64,000 nucleotides of DNA from Candidatus Limnocylindrales bacterium (GTDB taxonomy: Bacteria; Chloroflexota; Limnocylindria; Limnocylindrales; CSP1-4). Every line of letters begins with the position of its first letter. Position 1 is the first letter of the stretch. Both the position numbers and the translations under genes were made by a program. The notes under the pieces are model-generated. The model did no database searches, was not told the DNA's origin, and worked only from the letters and a program-made list of their open reading frames with translations. Location of the stretch: assembly GCA_036556145.1 (NCBI GenBank), contig DATBKB010000013.1, positions 1,951 through 65,950 of the forward strand, given 5' to 3'. Shown here piece after piece: positions 14,022 to 23,048 of this stretch.

Positions 14022-14361
14022 AGGGCGGCGCGCGGTTCGCCGGCCGGCGCGTCACGAGCGACCGGCGATCGACGAGGCCGCGCTCGTCGCCGCGCGCCAG
14101 TGCGATCGGCTCGTCGCGGCGGCCCATGACCTGGGCATTGCGCGGTGGGAGTCGTATCTCGCGCCGTTGCCGGATCGACTTCGGGACGACGAGCTGACGG
14201 CGCTCCGCGGGACCGCGTTGCGGGCTCGGGCGGCGTACGGACCCAAGGACTCGGTGCGGGACGCCCTGCCGGCGGAGCTGACCGAGCCGTTCCTCGAGGC
14301 GATCGACCGGCTGCTGCGCGAGCTTGCGCGGCGCGAGGCGTCGGGACGGGACCCGGTCTAG
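14014..14361 (+). CDS. hypothetical helical protein (115 aa)
   Basis: An in-frame ATG at 14014 overlaps the upstream stop by 8 nt. Coding-like codon usage; no recognisable motif. Confidence 0.5.
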   Translation: MREGRRAVRRPARHERPAIDEAALVAARQCDRLVAAAHDLGIARWESYLAPLPDRLRDDELTALRGTALRARAAYGPKDSVRDALPAELTEPFLEAIDRLLRELARREASGRDPV

Positions 14362-15968
14362 GCGGACCGCGTCTCGGCGGCCGCGTCGCGGTCGAGGGCC
14401 AGCTCGCCTGCCGTGAACGCTTCGAGGAGGAACGACGACGGCGCGGCGGGGTCGTAGAGGAGGGTCAGCGAGACGCGGGCTCGCGTCCAGGCGACGTACG
14501 CCAGTCGACGCTCCTCCTCCAGCGCCCGGTGCGGTTCGGGCGCGGACTCCACAGCCCGGCGGCTGGGAAATCGTCCTGCGTCCATCCCGAGGACGACCAC
14601 GTGATCCCACTCGAGGCCCTTCGTCCCGTGGGCGGTGGCGATCGTCAGTTCGGCATCGTCGCGGCGAAGCGACGCGAGCCTCGTTCGCGCGTTGCGCACC
14701 GCGTCCCGGAGGATCCCCAGGTCGCGGTAGGCGGCGGCCCAACCGAGGACGGCGGCGCCGACCGGCGTCGAACGATCGACCGCGTCGTCGACCCGCACGA
14801 GCAGCGGCCGGTCGTCGTCCTGGATCGAATCGAGGAGCGGCTCGACGAGTGGCGACTCGACCAGCAGCTCGACGCCCGGAGCGCGAAACGGGACCCCGAG
14901 CGACAGCGCCGCGGCAACCGCCGGCCGCAGCTCGGCGTTCGTCCGCGCGAGCACCGCTCGGGTCGAGCCGTCTGCGGGCCACGTGGCCATCGCCCGGCGA
15001 ACGCGCAGGTCGTCGTCATTGCCGTCGGGAGCCAGGACGAGGCGTCCCTTCGACGCCGGACCGGCGACGATGCGCTTCAAGAACCGCTCGCGGTTGACTT
15101 CCACGAGACGGACGGCGCGCTCGACCACCGGCCGCGGGCAGCGGTAGTTCGTCACGAGATCGACGCGCCGCAGCCCGGGCAGCGCGGCCGCGAGGCCGAG
15201 CACGCGCCGAACGTCGGCCAGGCGCCAGCCGTAGATCGACTGGTCGTCGTCGCCGACGAGGAAGATCCGATTCTCGGGCGCCGCGAGGATCAACGCCAGG
15301 TCGAGCTGCGATCGGTCGAGGTCCTGCGCCTCGTCGACGAGCAGGTGGGCGCAGGCGGCACGCCAGCGGGAGCGGACGGCAGGTGACGTCTCGAGTCGCT
15401 CGAGCGACCGCCTGACGAGATCGTCGAAGTCGAGGGCACGCCGCTCGGCAAGCGCTTGCTCGTAGGCGACCCAGGTCCGGACCACCGGACCGGCGGTCGC
15501 GTCCGTCGCCGCCCGTGCGGGATCGACACGCAGGTCGAGCTTCAGTCGCGAGAACGCCGTGTCGAGCCGGGCGATCGTCGCGTTGCCAATTGCCGGGTCG
15601 AGGTCACGGAGAAGCTCGGCGCGGTCGACGAGCCGGCCGACGTCGACGCCGTCGCCGGCCAGGATCTCGCGCCCGAGGGCGTGGAACGTCCGGACACGGA
15701 CGGCATCCGCGGGCACGCCCAGCGGCTGGAGGGCGGCCTCGAGCCGGGCGGAGAGCTCCTCGGCCGCGCGTCGGTTGAAGGTCAGGGCGGTGATCGACGC
15801 CGGGCTCGTGCCGCCATCGACGAGCCAGGCCACGCGTGCGACGAGCGTCGTGGTCTTGCCGCTGCCGGCCGGGGCGACACAGAGGACCGGGCCGGGCGGC
15901 GCCGTCGCGGCTTCGCGCTGGTCCGGCGCGAGCCGGGCAAGTCGCTCGACGACCGAGGGGTGGCTCAC
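14358..15968 (-). CDS. UvrD/Rep-family (SF1A) DNA helicase, short form (536 aa)
   Basis: APAGSGKTTT (motif I), LLVDEAQDL (II), LVGDDDQSIYGWR (III), TAHGTKGLEWDHVVV and LAYVAWTRAR (V/VI). The start is taken as codon 173 (GTG) of track ORF 14358..16484. Confidence 0.85.
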   Translation of the reverse strand: MSHPSVVERLARLAPDQREAATAPPGPVLCVAPAGSGKTTTLVARVAWLVDGGTSPASITALTFNRRAAEELSARLEAALQPLGVPADAVRVRTFHALGREILAGDGVDVGRLVDRAELLRDLDPAIGNATIARLDTAFSRLKLDLRVDPARAATDATAGPVVRTWVAYEQALAERRALDFDDLVRRSLERLETSPAVRSRWRAACAHLLVDEAQDLDRSQLDLALILAAPENRIFLVGDDDQSIYGWRLADVRRVLGLAAALPGLRRVDLVTNYRCPRPVVERAVRLVEVNRERFLKRIVAGPASKGRLVLAPDGNDDDLRVRRAMATWPADGSTRAVLARTNAELRPAVAAALSLGVPFRAPGVELLVESPLVEPLLDSIQDDDRPLLVRVDDAVDRSTPVGAAVLGWAAAYRDLGILRDAVRNARTRLASLRRDDAELTIATAHGTKGLEWDHVVVLGMDAGRFPSRRAVESAPEPHRALEEERRLAYVAWTRARVSLTLLYDPAAPSSFLLEAFTAGELALDRDAAAETRSA

Positions 15969-15975
15969 CCGGCCC

Positions 15976-15981
15976 ACTGTC
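15976..15981 (-). promoter_or_regulatory. putative -10 hexamer (GACAGT) for the helicase
   Basis: The minus strand reads GACAGT, then gggccgg (7 nt), then GTG. The geometry and ggccg context match the other leaderless candidates. Confidence 0.35.
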
Positions 15982-16320
15982 GCAGCGGCGGGTTCGCCCG
16001 CACTTACTCGAGCAGAGGACGGCGCCACGAGGGGTCGTGCCAGCAGGCAGGCACGACGGAGACGCGGGTCGCCCGGCGGCATCCAGCCGCCGCCCGCCGA
16101 ACGAACGTCACAGGGGGTACTGGCGGCCCGGGCCCCTCCCGCAAGCCGGTCCGCCGCAGTCGGAGCGCGGCCCGCCCACGCTCGGCGTGGTACGGATGGG
16201 GGGCGCGCCGGCGCACCGACAAGTACCAGTCGGTTATCGACCCTGGAAGGGGCCGGCTCGACGCTGTGCTCCTCGCGCCCCTGACTGTTGGGGGAGCGGC
16301 CCGGCTCGAGGAGCCCCGAG

Positions 16321-18462
16321 ATGCGCAACCGGGTCATTAGCCGATCGGCAGTCGCCGCCATGTCCCTCGTTCTCGCCATGGCCGGCGTCGCCTTCGCCGA
16401 CGTCATCACCGCCGACGGCGATCCGTCAACCGGGGACGGCGACGGGGTGACCCCGAGCGCCCAGACGCTCATCGATCTGGGCACGCTGGCCCCCGGGGCC
16501 TCGATCGACTGGGATGTCTACTTCGTCCTCGAGTGCCGTGACACGTCCCACGTCGCCCGCGGAAGCGTGATCACGATGACACCGCAGGGCGCGAATCCCG
16601 CCCCGGGCGGCTCCATCGCGGCGACCCCGGCCGCGGTCGGCCCCGTGCCGGACAGCTGGCCGCTGGAAGACATGGCCTGCCCCGGCGTCCTGCGCTGGCA
16701 GTCGACGAGTCCCTCGGTGGTGACGATCGTGGCTCCGACCGTCGAGGGCATGGACTACACCGCGAGCGTCGAGTACGGGGAGTCCTCGCCCTCCGGCTCG
16801 ACCGGGGTGACGACCATGACGTTCACCTTCGACGTCGTCGCCGGCGCGAACGTGCGACCCGTCGTGACCGTCCCCGCCGACATGGTCGTCGAGGCCGACA
16901 TGGCCGGCGGCTGGGCCTCGACCTACACGGCCTCGGCTGACGACGCAGAGGACGGACCGATCGCGGCGACGTGCACGCCGCCCTCCGGGCGCCTGCTTCC
17001 CCTCGGCGTCACGCTGGTCAGCTGCACGGCGATCGACTCCGCGGGCGCGATCGACACGGACAGCTTCACCGTGACGGTCCTCGACACCACCCCGCCCGAC
17101 CTCATTGGTGTTCCGGGCGACCTGCAGCTGCAGACCGAAGACCCGGCCGGCAGCGACTTCGGCTGGCCCGCGCCCCAGGCATTCGACATCGTCGATGGCG
17201 CCCTGCCCGTGTCGTGCAGCCCACCCTCCGGCGCGTGGTTCCCGGTCGGCTCGACCACCGTCACCTGCACGGCGACCGATGCCGCCGGGAACACGGCCAG
17301 CGGCTCCTTCGTCGTCGACACCGTCTTCGTCGACAGCACCCCGCCCGGCATCCTGGGAGTGCCGGCCGACATCACGGTCGACGCGCCCAGCGCGGCCGGT
17401 GCCGTCGTCACCTGGGATGCCCCGACGGCCGACGACAACATCGATGGGCCCCTTCCGGTCACGTGCGTGCCGGCCTCGGGGAGCACGTTCGCCGTCGGCA
17501 CGACGACGGTCACCTGCTCTGCCAGCGACGCCCAGGGCAATACCACCAACGAGACCTTCACGGTGACAGTCGTCGCGCCCACGCCGGAGCCGACGCCCGT
17601 CCCGACGCCGGTCCCCACGCCGGTCCCGACCCCGGTCCCGACGCCCGTCCCGACGCCGGTCCCGACGCCCGTCCCGACCCCGGTCCCGACGCCTGTGCCG
17701 ACGCCCGTCCCGACGCCGGTCCCGACCCCGGTCCCGACGCCTGTGCCGACGCCCGTCCCGACGCCGGTGCCGACGCCGGTCAGGGACACCACGCCGCCGG
17801 TCCTCTCCGGCGTGCCGGGCGACATGGTCGTCGACATGGCCGGCGCCCGGACGACGACCGCGGGAGCGACCGTGTCGTGGCCGGCGCCGAGCGCCAGGGA
17901 CGACGTGGACGGAACCGTACCGGTGTCGTGTGCCCCCGCGTCGGGCAGTGTCTTCGCCGTCGGCCGGACGGCGGTGACATGCTCCGCCAGCGACCGCGCC
18001 GGGAACCGCTCCACCGGGACGTTCACGGTGACCGTGCTCAACGGTGGCAACCCGAGAGGCTCGCTCGACGTGCGGTGGTCAAAGCCGGTCGGTGACCGCG
18101 ACCTGGTGACAACGAAGCTCGGCGGGAAGCTGGACCTGAGCGCGAAGATCAAGCTGGACGGTGCGTGGCTGCCGAAGACGGCGCGGCCGCGCCTCCTGAT
18201 CGAGCGTCTCGACCGATGCGGCGGCGAGGTCGTGCAGTCGCGGCTCAGCGAGCCGCTCAAGCGCGACGGCAACTCGTGGGAGTTGCGCCTCAAGACGTCC
18301 GCCCTGGGACGCGGGTGCTGGCGCCTGTCGGTGATCGTCGGCGACGCGAAGGGCGGGACCTTCGAGCTCCTGGTCAACGGCCGGCACGGACACAAGGACT
18401 GGCGTGAGGCCAAGGGCGACGACCGCGACCACGACGACCACGACCACGAGGACGACGACTAG
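16321..18462 (+). CDS. secreted protein with four HYR (hyalin-repeat) Ig-like domains, a (PTPV)n linker and an Asp/His-rich tail
   Basis: Signal peptide [26 protein letters not shown]. There are four units of the pattern TPP-x-[IL]-x-VP-x-D...C-x-P-x-SG-x-F-x-[VL]-G-x-T-x-V-x-C-x-A-x-D-x-x-GN...F-x-V-x-V, at about 16852-17082, 17086-17322, 17332-17571 and 17785-18036. The C-terminus is ...[27 protein letters not shown]. Confidence 0.8.
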   Translation: MRNRVISRSAVAAMSLVLAMAGVAFADVITADGDPSTGDGDGVTPSAQTLIDLGTLAPGASIDWDVYFVLECRDTSHVARGSVITMTPQGANPAPGGSIAATPAAVGPVPDSWPLEDMACPGVLRWQSTSPSVVTIVAPTVEGMDYTASVEYGESSPSGSTGVTTMTFTFDVVAGANVRPVVTVPADMVVEADMAGGWASTYTASADDAEDGPIAATCTPPSGRLLPLGVTLVSCTAIDSAGAIDTDSFTVTVLDTTPPDLIGVPGDLQLQTEDPAGSDFGWPAPQAFDIVDGALPVSCSPPSGAWFPVGSTTVTCTATDAAGNTASGSFVVDTVFVDSTPPGILGVPADITVDAPSAAGAVVTWDAPTADDNIDGPLPVTCVPASGSTFAVGTTTVTCSASDAQGNTTNETFTVTVVAPTPEPTPVPTPVPTPVPTPVPTPVPTPVPTPVPTPVPTPVPTPVPTPVPTPVPTPVPTPVPTPVPTPVRDTTPPVLSGVPGDMVVDMAGARTTTAGATVSWPAPSARDDVDGTVPVSCAPASGSVFAVGRTAVTCSASDRAGNRSTGTFTVTVLNGGNPRGSLDVRWSKPVGDRDLVTTKLGGKLDLSAKIKLDGAWLPKTARPRLLIERLDRCGGEVVQSRLSEPLKRDGNSWELRLKTSALGRGCWRLSVIVGDAKGGTFELLVNGRHGHKDWREAKGDDRDHDDHDHEDDD
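17578..17781 (+). repeat. 17 x 12-bp in-frame tandem repeat (1 PTPE + 16 PTPV)
   Basis: ccg-acg-ccS-gtS units carry synonymous wobble variation and a 48-bp higher-order period. The repeat lies inside the HYR CDS, between HYR3 and HYR4. Confidence 0.95.
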
Positions 18463-18520
18463 CCCGGCCGACGCGACAGCCTGAGCGATGCGTTCCGGCA
18501 TCGACGGACGGGACTTGTCC

Positions 18521-18526
18521 TAGCAT
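18521..18526 (+). promoter_or_regulatory. putative -10 hexamer (TAGCAT) of leaderless uvrC
   Basis: TAGCAT is followed by 6 nt (cggggg) and the GTG at 18533. Confidence 0.4.
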
Positions 18527-18532
18527 CGGGGG

Positions 18533-20389
18533 GTGACCCCCCGGCTCGAGGCAACACTCGCCAACCTGCCCGACCGCCCGGGCGTCTACCTGATGAAGGA
18601 CGCCCGGGGGGAGGTCCTGTACGTCGGCAAGGCGCAGAGCCTGCGCAGCCGCGTCCGGAGCTACTGGCAGAAGAGCGCGCCGGCGGGGTTCGGCGAGGCC
18701 CACCGGATCCGCGAGGTCATCGACCGGGTCGCCGACGTCGAGGTGACCGAGACGGATTCGGTCTCCGAGGCCCTGCTTCTCGAAGCCAACCTCATCAAGC
18801 GCTACCGGCCGCGCTTCAACGTCCGGCTCAAGGACGACAAGAGCTACCCGTACATCAAGGTGACGCTCGCCGACGACTTCCCGCGGATCGAGCGGACGCG
18901 GAAGCTCGTCAACGACGGCAGCCGCTACTTCGGCCCGTACGCGAGCGCGAGCAGCGTCGACGAGTCGATGAACCTCGTCCGGCGGCTGTTCCCGTTCCGG
19001 ACGTGCACGATCGACATCCGCGAGGGCCAGCGGGCACTGCAGCGGCCCTGTCTCCTGTACCACATCAAGCGCTGCCAGGGGCCGTGCATCGAGGCGATTT
19101 CGAAGGCCGCATATCGCGCGGACGTCGCCCAGGTCGAGCTCTTCCTCGAGGGGCGTCAGGAGACGCTCGTGAAGGCCCTCGCCGTCGAGATGGACGCCGC
19201 GGCGACCCGCGAGCAGTACGAGCGAGCGGCCGTCCTCCGGGACAAGATCCGGGCCATCGAGCGGACGATGGAGAGCCAGAAGATGGCCGCGTTCGCGCGG
19301 ACCGAGCTGGACGCGATCGGGCTCGCCCGCCACGACGGCCAGGCCGCGGTCCAGCTGTTCGCCATCCGGAACGGCAAGCTCATCGGTCGCGACGTCTATC
19401 TCCTCGAGGCGACGCGCGACACGACCGAGGAGGAGGTCGTCGAGGGCTTCCTGCTCCAGTACTACAGCCGCGCGTCGTCGGTGCCGCGCGAGATGCTCGT
19501 CCCGGTGACGCTGCCCGACGCCGCCGACGTCGAGGCGTTCCTCGCCGCACGCCGCGGCGGTCCGGTCCGTCTTCACGTCCCGGCGCGCGGGGAAAAGCGC
19601 CAGCTCATGGCACTCGCGTCGCGCAACGCGGCCGAGACGCTCGCCCGCGAGCAGGCACGCTGGCTCGCCGACCAGGGCAAGACGCTCGTCGCGCTCGAGG
19701 AGCTGGCGGACGCCCTGGGATTGCCTGGCGTGCCGCTCCGGATCGAGTGCTACGACATCAGCAACTTCCAGGGCCGCGAGTCGGTCGGCAGCATGGTCGT
19801 CTTCGAGGACGGCAAGCCGCGAAGCGGCGAGTACCGCCGCTTCCGCATCCGGACGGTGTCGGGGCCGAACGACTTCGCCAGCCACCAGGAGGTGCTGCGC
19901 CGGCGCTTCCGCCGGGCCTCGACGGGCGAGGAGGGCAACGAGGAGGAGCGCCGCTGGAAGCTGCCGGACCTCGTCATCGTCGACGGCGGCAAGGGACAGG
20001 TGAGCGCGGCCAAGGCGGTGCTCGACGAGCTCGGCCTCCATGACCTGCCGCTCGCCGGCCTGGCCAAGGAGCGGGAGGAGCTGTTCCTGCCGGACCGGCC
20101 GGAGGCGATCGTCCTGCCGCCGACGTCGTCGGCGCTCTACCTGCTCCAGCGGATCCGGGACGAGGCCCATCGCTTCGCGATCCGCTACCACCGCGAGCTG
20201 CGCTCGCGGGCCAGCGTCCGGTCGGCGTTCGACGAGCTGCCGGGCGTCGGGCCGAAGCGCCGCCAGGCGCTCCTCCGGACATTTGGCTCGGTGAAGCGGG
20301 TCCGGGACGCCCCCGTCGAGCAGATCGCCGCGGTCCCGGGCATCGGCCGGGCCCTGGCCGAGCGCATCAAGGCAACGCTGGAGGCCTGA
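18533..20389 (+). CDS. uvrC: excinuclease ABC subunit C
   Basis: GIY-YIG N-terminus (PGVYLMKDARGEVLYVGKAQSLRSRV), a UVR domain, an RNase H-like endonuclease domain and a C-terminal (HhH)2 (LPGVGPKRRQALL...VPGIG). Confidence 0.97.
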   Translation: MTPRLEATLANLPDRPGVYLMKDARGEVLYVGKAQSLRSRVRSYWQKSAPAGFGEAHRIREVIDRVADVEVTETDSVSEALLLEANLIKRYRPRFNVRLKDDKSYPYIKVTLADDFPRIERTRKLVNDGSRYFGPYASASSVDESMNLVRRLFPFRTCTIDIREGQRALQRPCLLYHIKRCQGPCIEAISKAAYRADVAQVELFLEGRQETLVKALAVEMDAAATREQYERAAVLRDKIRAIERTMESQKMAAFARTELDAIGLARHDGQAAVQLFAIRNGKLIGRDVYLLEATRDTTEEEVVEGFLLQYYSRASSVPREMLVPVTLPDAADVEAFLAARRGGPVRLHVPARGEKRQLMALASRNAAETLAREQARWLADQGKTLVALEELADALGLPGVPLRIECYDISNFQGRESVGSMVVFEDGKPRSGEYRRFRIRTVSGPNDFASHQEVLRRRFRRASTGEEGNEEERRWKLPDLVIVDGGKGQVSAAKAVLDELGLHDLPLAGLAKEREELFLPDRPEAIVLPPTSSALYLLQRIRDEAHRFAIRYHRELRSRASVRSAFDELPGVGPKRRQALLRTFGSVKRVRDAPVEQIAAVPGIGRALAERIKATLEA

Positions 20390-20404
20390 TCGGGCCCGCC
20401 GAGG

Positions 20405-20443
20405 GCTCCCGGCCGTGCCCGCTGAGTGCTCCCGGCCGTGCCC
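20405..20443. repeat. 16-bp direct repeat x2 (GCTCCCGGCCGTGCCC, period 23 bp) just upstream of the secD -10
   Basis: Exact copies at 20405-20420 and 20428-20443. The second abuts TATCAT. Confidence 0.7.
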
Positions 20444-20445
20444 TG

Positions 20446-20451
20446 TATCAT
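20446..20451 (+). promoter_or_regulatory. putative -10 hexamer (TATCAT) for secD
   Basis: TATCAT is followed by 9 nt and the ATG at 20461. There is no Shine-Dalgarno. Confidence 0.4.
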
Positions 20452-20460
20452 CCGCCGCTG

Positions 20461-21822
20461 ATGCGCAGAACCGGCCCCATCCTCATCATCGTCATCGGGC
20501 TGATCGCCCTCCTTGTCGACTTCTACCCCCGGCTGCGGCTGCCCGACCTGAGCGGCGAGGTCCGGACCGTCGAGACGAAGCTCGGGCTCGACCTGGAGGG
20601 TGGCCTCCGGGTGGAGTACCAGGCGCTGCCCGCGGAGGGTCGGAGCCCCGACCTGGCCTCCCTCGGCGTGATCCGTGACATCGTCGAGGCCCGCGTCAAC
20701 CAGACCGGCGTCGCCGAGCCGGTCGTCACCACGCAGGGCACCGACCGGATCGTCGTCGAGATGCCGGGCGTGACGAACCGCGAGGCGATCGAGCGGCTCG
20801 TCGGCCAGACCGGCCGCCTCGACTTCGTGCCCATCCCGCCGGGCGAGACTCCGCCCATCCAGGGCACGTCGATCGACCTCAAGACGCACACGCCACTGTT
20901 CAGCGGCGACGAGCTCACGAGCGCCACGATCGGGACCGATCCGACGACCGGCGGACGCACGGTCAACTTCATCCTCGAGCCGCGCGGCGCCGAGCTGTTC
21001 GGGAAGCACACCGCCGAGCACGTCGGTGACTACTTCGCCATCGCGCTCGACGGCCGCGTGATCTCCGCGCCACGGATCAACGAGCCCATCCCGGGCGGCC
21101 AGGTCGTCATCAGCGCGGGGGCCGCGGTCGGCTTCTCGCTGACCGAAGCGACGGAGCTGGTGACCGTCCTGAAGTACGGCTCGCTGCCGTTCCCGATCAC
21201 GCAGGTATCGGCGGAGCAGATCGACGCGACGCTGGGCTCGGAGTTCCTGCGCCAGAGCCTCATCGCCGGCGCGATCGGCATCCTGCTCGTGATGCTCTTC
21301 ATGGTCGTCCACTACCGCCTGCCCGGCGTCATCGCGAGCTTTGCGCTCGTCTACTACACGCTCGTCGTGCTGGCGATCTTCCGGCTCATCCCGGTCACGC
21401 TCACCCTCGCCGGCATCGCCGGGTTCGTCCTCTCGATCGGCATGGCCGTCGACGCGAACATCCTCATCTTCGAGCGATCGAAGGAGGAGCTCCGCGCCGG
21501 CAAGTCGCTGCCGGCCGCGATCGAGGCTGGCTTCAGCCGGGCCTGGAACTCGATCCTCGACTCGAACGTGTCGAGCCTCATCACCGCGACGATCCTGTTC
21601 CTCTTCGGGACGTCGGTGATCAAGGGCTTCGCCCTCGTCCTCATCATCGGCGTGCTCGTCTCGATGTTCTCGGCGATCACGGTGACACGGACGATCCTGC
21701 GCATCGTCGTCCAGCGCGACTGGGCCCGGCGGGCCTCGCTCTACGGCGTGGGCGACGACGAGTTCCTCGCCCGGCCGTCGGGCCGCCCGGCCCTCCGAGG
21801 CGAGGCGCGCGGCCGTGTATGA
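20461..21822 (+). CDS. secD: protein translocase subunit SecD
   Basis: LGLDLEGGLRVEYQA, a periplasmic domain, then a 6-TM RND-like C-terminus (LVVLAIFRLIPVTLTLAGIAGFVLSIGMAVDANILIFER). Confidence 0.95.
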   Translation: MRRTGPILIIVIGLIALLVDFYPRLRLPDLSGEVRTVETKLGLDLEGGLRVEYQALPAEGRSPDLASLGVIRDIVEARVNQTGVAEPVVTTQGTDRIVVEMPGVTNREAIERLVGQTGRLDFVPIPPGETPPIQGTSIDLKTHTPLFSGDELTSATIGTDPTTGGRTVNFILEPRGAELFGKHTAEHVGDYFAIALDGRVISAPRINEPIPGGQVVISAGAAVGFSLTEATELVTVLKYGSLPFPITQVSAEQIDATLGSEFLRQSLIAGAIGILLVMLFMVVHYRLPGVIASFALVYYTLVVLAIFRLIPVTLTLAGIAGFVLSIGMAVDANILIFERSKEELRAGKSLPAAIEAGFSRAWNSILDSNVSSLITATILFLFGTSVIKGFALVLIIGVLVSMFSAITVTRTILRIVVQRDWARRASLYGVGDDEFLARPSGRPALRGEARGRV

Positions 21823-22966
21823 CGTCGTCGGGAAGCGCAACCGCTTCTTCGCGTTCTCGCTGCTGGTGGCGATCCCCGCGTTCGTCTTCATCCTGCTGAC
21901 GCCGGTCAGCGGCGGCCAGGCCGGGCTCAAGTTCACGATCGATTACACCGGCGGCACCCGCTGGGTCATCAGGTTCCAGGACCCGAACGTCACCGCGGCC
22001 CGGGTCCGCGAGGTGCTCGAGCGCGAGGGCCTCGACGCGACGGTCGTGCGGTCGCCGGAGACGGGCTTCATCGAGATCAAGACGATCCCGATCGGCCTTG
22101 CCACGCCGCCGCCGACTCCCACGCCTGCCCCGAGCGCGAGCGTCGCGCCGTCGGGATCGCCGTCGGCGTCGAGCAGCCCGGCGCCGAGCGCGTCGGCCGC
22201 GCCCTCGCCGTCCGCGACGCCGGGCCCGAGCGGCTCGCCCAACCCCTCGCCCGTGCCGTCCGCGTCACCGTCGCCGCCTCCGACCGGCAACACGACGATC
22301 CCGACCGAAGGTCGACTCGGCGAGGTCGCTCGCGCCCTCCAGGACGAGCTCGGGCCGATCGCCGAGCAGCAGTCGCTGACAACCATCGGGCCGGTCGTCT
22401 CGAACGACCTCATCAACCAGGCCCTGATGCTCATCCTCGCCGGGTCGATCGGAATCCTGGCCTGGATCACCTACCGGTTCCGGGACATCAAGTTCGGCGT
22501 CACCGCGCTCGTGAGCCTGCTCGGCGTCGTGGTCGTGACCGTCGGGATCTTCGCGATGCTCGGCACGTTCCTCGGGCTCGAGATCGACGCGCTGTTCGTC
22601 ACCGCGATGCTCACCGTCATCGGCTTCAGCGTCCACGACACGATCGTCGTCTTCGACCGGGTCCGCGAGAACAAGGCTCGACACGCCGGCGAGCCGATCG
22701 CCGAGATCGTCAACCACTCGATCCTGCAGACGTTCGGGCGGTCGATCACGACGAGCCTGACGGTCGTCATCACGCTGCTCGCCCTGCTCCTCTTCGGCGG
22801 CGCGGCCACGACGAACTTCGTCCTCGCGCTCCTCGTCGGGATCGTCACCGGCACGTACTCGTCGATCTTCAACGCGGCGCTGCTGCTCGTCGTCTGGCAG
22901 GAGTGGGAGGACCGGCGGCACGGGCGCGTTGCCGCGGCTCGCACGCCACGCCGCGCGACGTCCTGA
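21815..22966 (+). CDS. secF: protein translocase subunit SecF, with a Pro/Ser/Ala-rich insertion in the periplasmic domain
   Basis: Overlaps secD by 8 nt. LKFTIDYTGG start; C-terminal TM core (IGFSVHDTIVVFDRVREN). A low-complexity insert of about 63 aa lies at roughly nt 22100-22288. Confidence 0.93.
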   Translation: MYDVVGKRNRFFAFSLLVAIPAFVFILLTPVSGGQAGLKFTIDYTGGTRWVIRFQDPNVTAARVREVLEREGLDATVVRSPETGFIEIKTIPIGLATPPPTPTPAPSASVAPSGSPSASSSPAPSASAAPSPSATPGPSGSPNPSPVPSASPSPPPTGNTTIPTEGRLGEVARALQDELGPIAEQQSLTTIGPVVSNDLINQALMLILAGSIGILAWITYRFRDIKFGVTALVSLLGVVVVTVGIFAMLGTFLGLEIDALFVTAMLTVIGFSVHDTIVVFDRVRENKARHAGEPIAEIVNHSILQTFGRSITTSLTVVITLLALLLFGGAATTNFVLALLVGIVTGTYSSIFNAALLLVVWQEWEDRRHGRVAAARTPRRATS

Positions 22967-23036
22967 CGCCCGACTCCCGAGGGCGCGCGCAAGCTCCGGG
23001 CGAGCGCCGGCAAAGCGGCGGTGCAGCCCGGCGTGG

Positions 23037-23042
23037 CATGCT
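23037..23042 (+). promoter_or_regulatory. putative -10 hexamer (CATGCT) for recJ
   Basis: CATGCT is followed by 6 nt (gacgtc) and an in-frame GTG at 23049. Confidence 0.3.
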
Positions 23043-23048
23043 GACGTC

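Noticed and set aside
16085-16100. A GAACGAACGTCA sequence upstream of the UvrD-like helicase, considered as a second LexA box.
   Set aside because: The right half is GTCA rather than GTTC, so the palindrome is broken, and it lies over 100 nt from the likely start. This is too weak to call.
17578-17781. A regular short repeat array that could be mistaken for a CRISPR or minisatellite locus.
   Set aside because: The period is 12 bp with no spacers. It lies in-frame inside a CDS and encodes (PTPV)n. No cas genes are present in the window.
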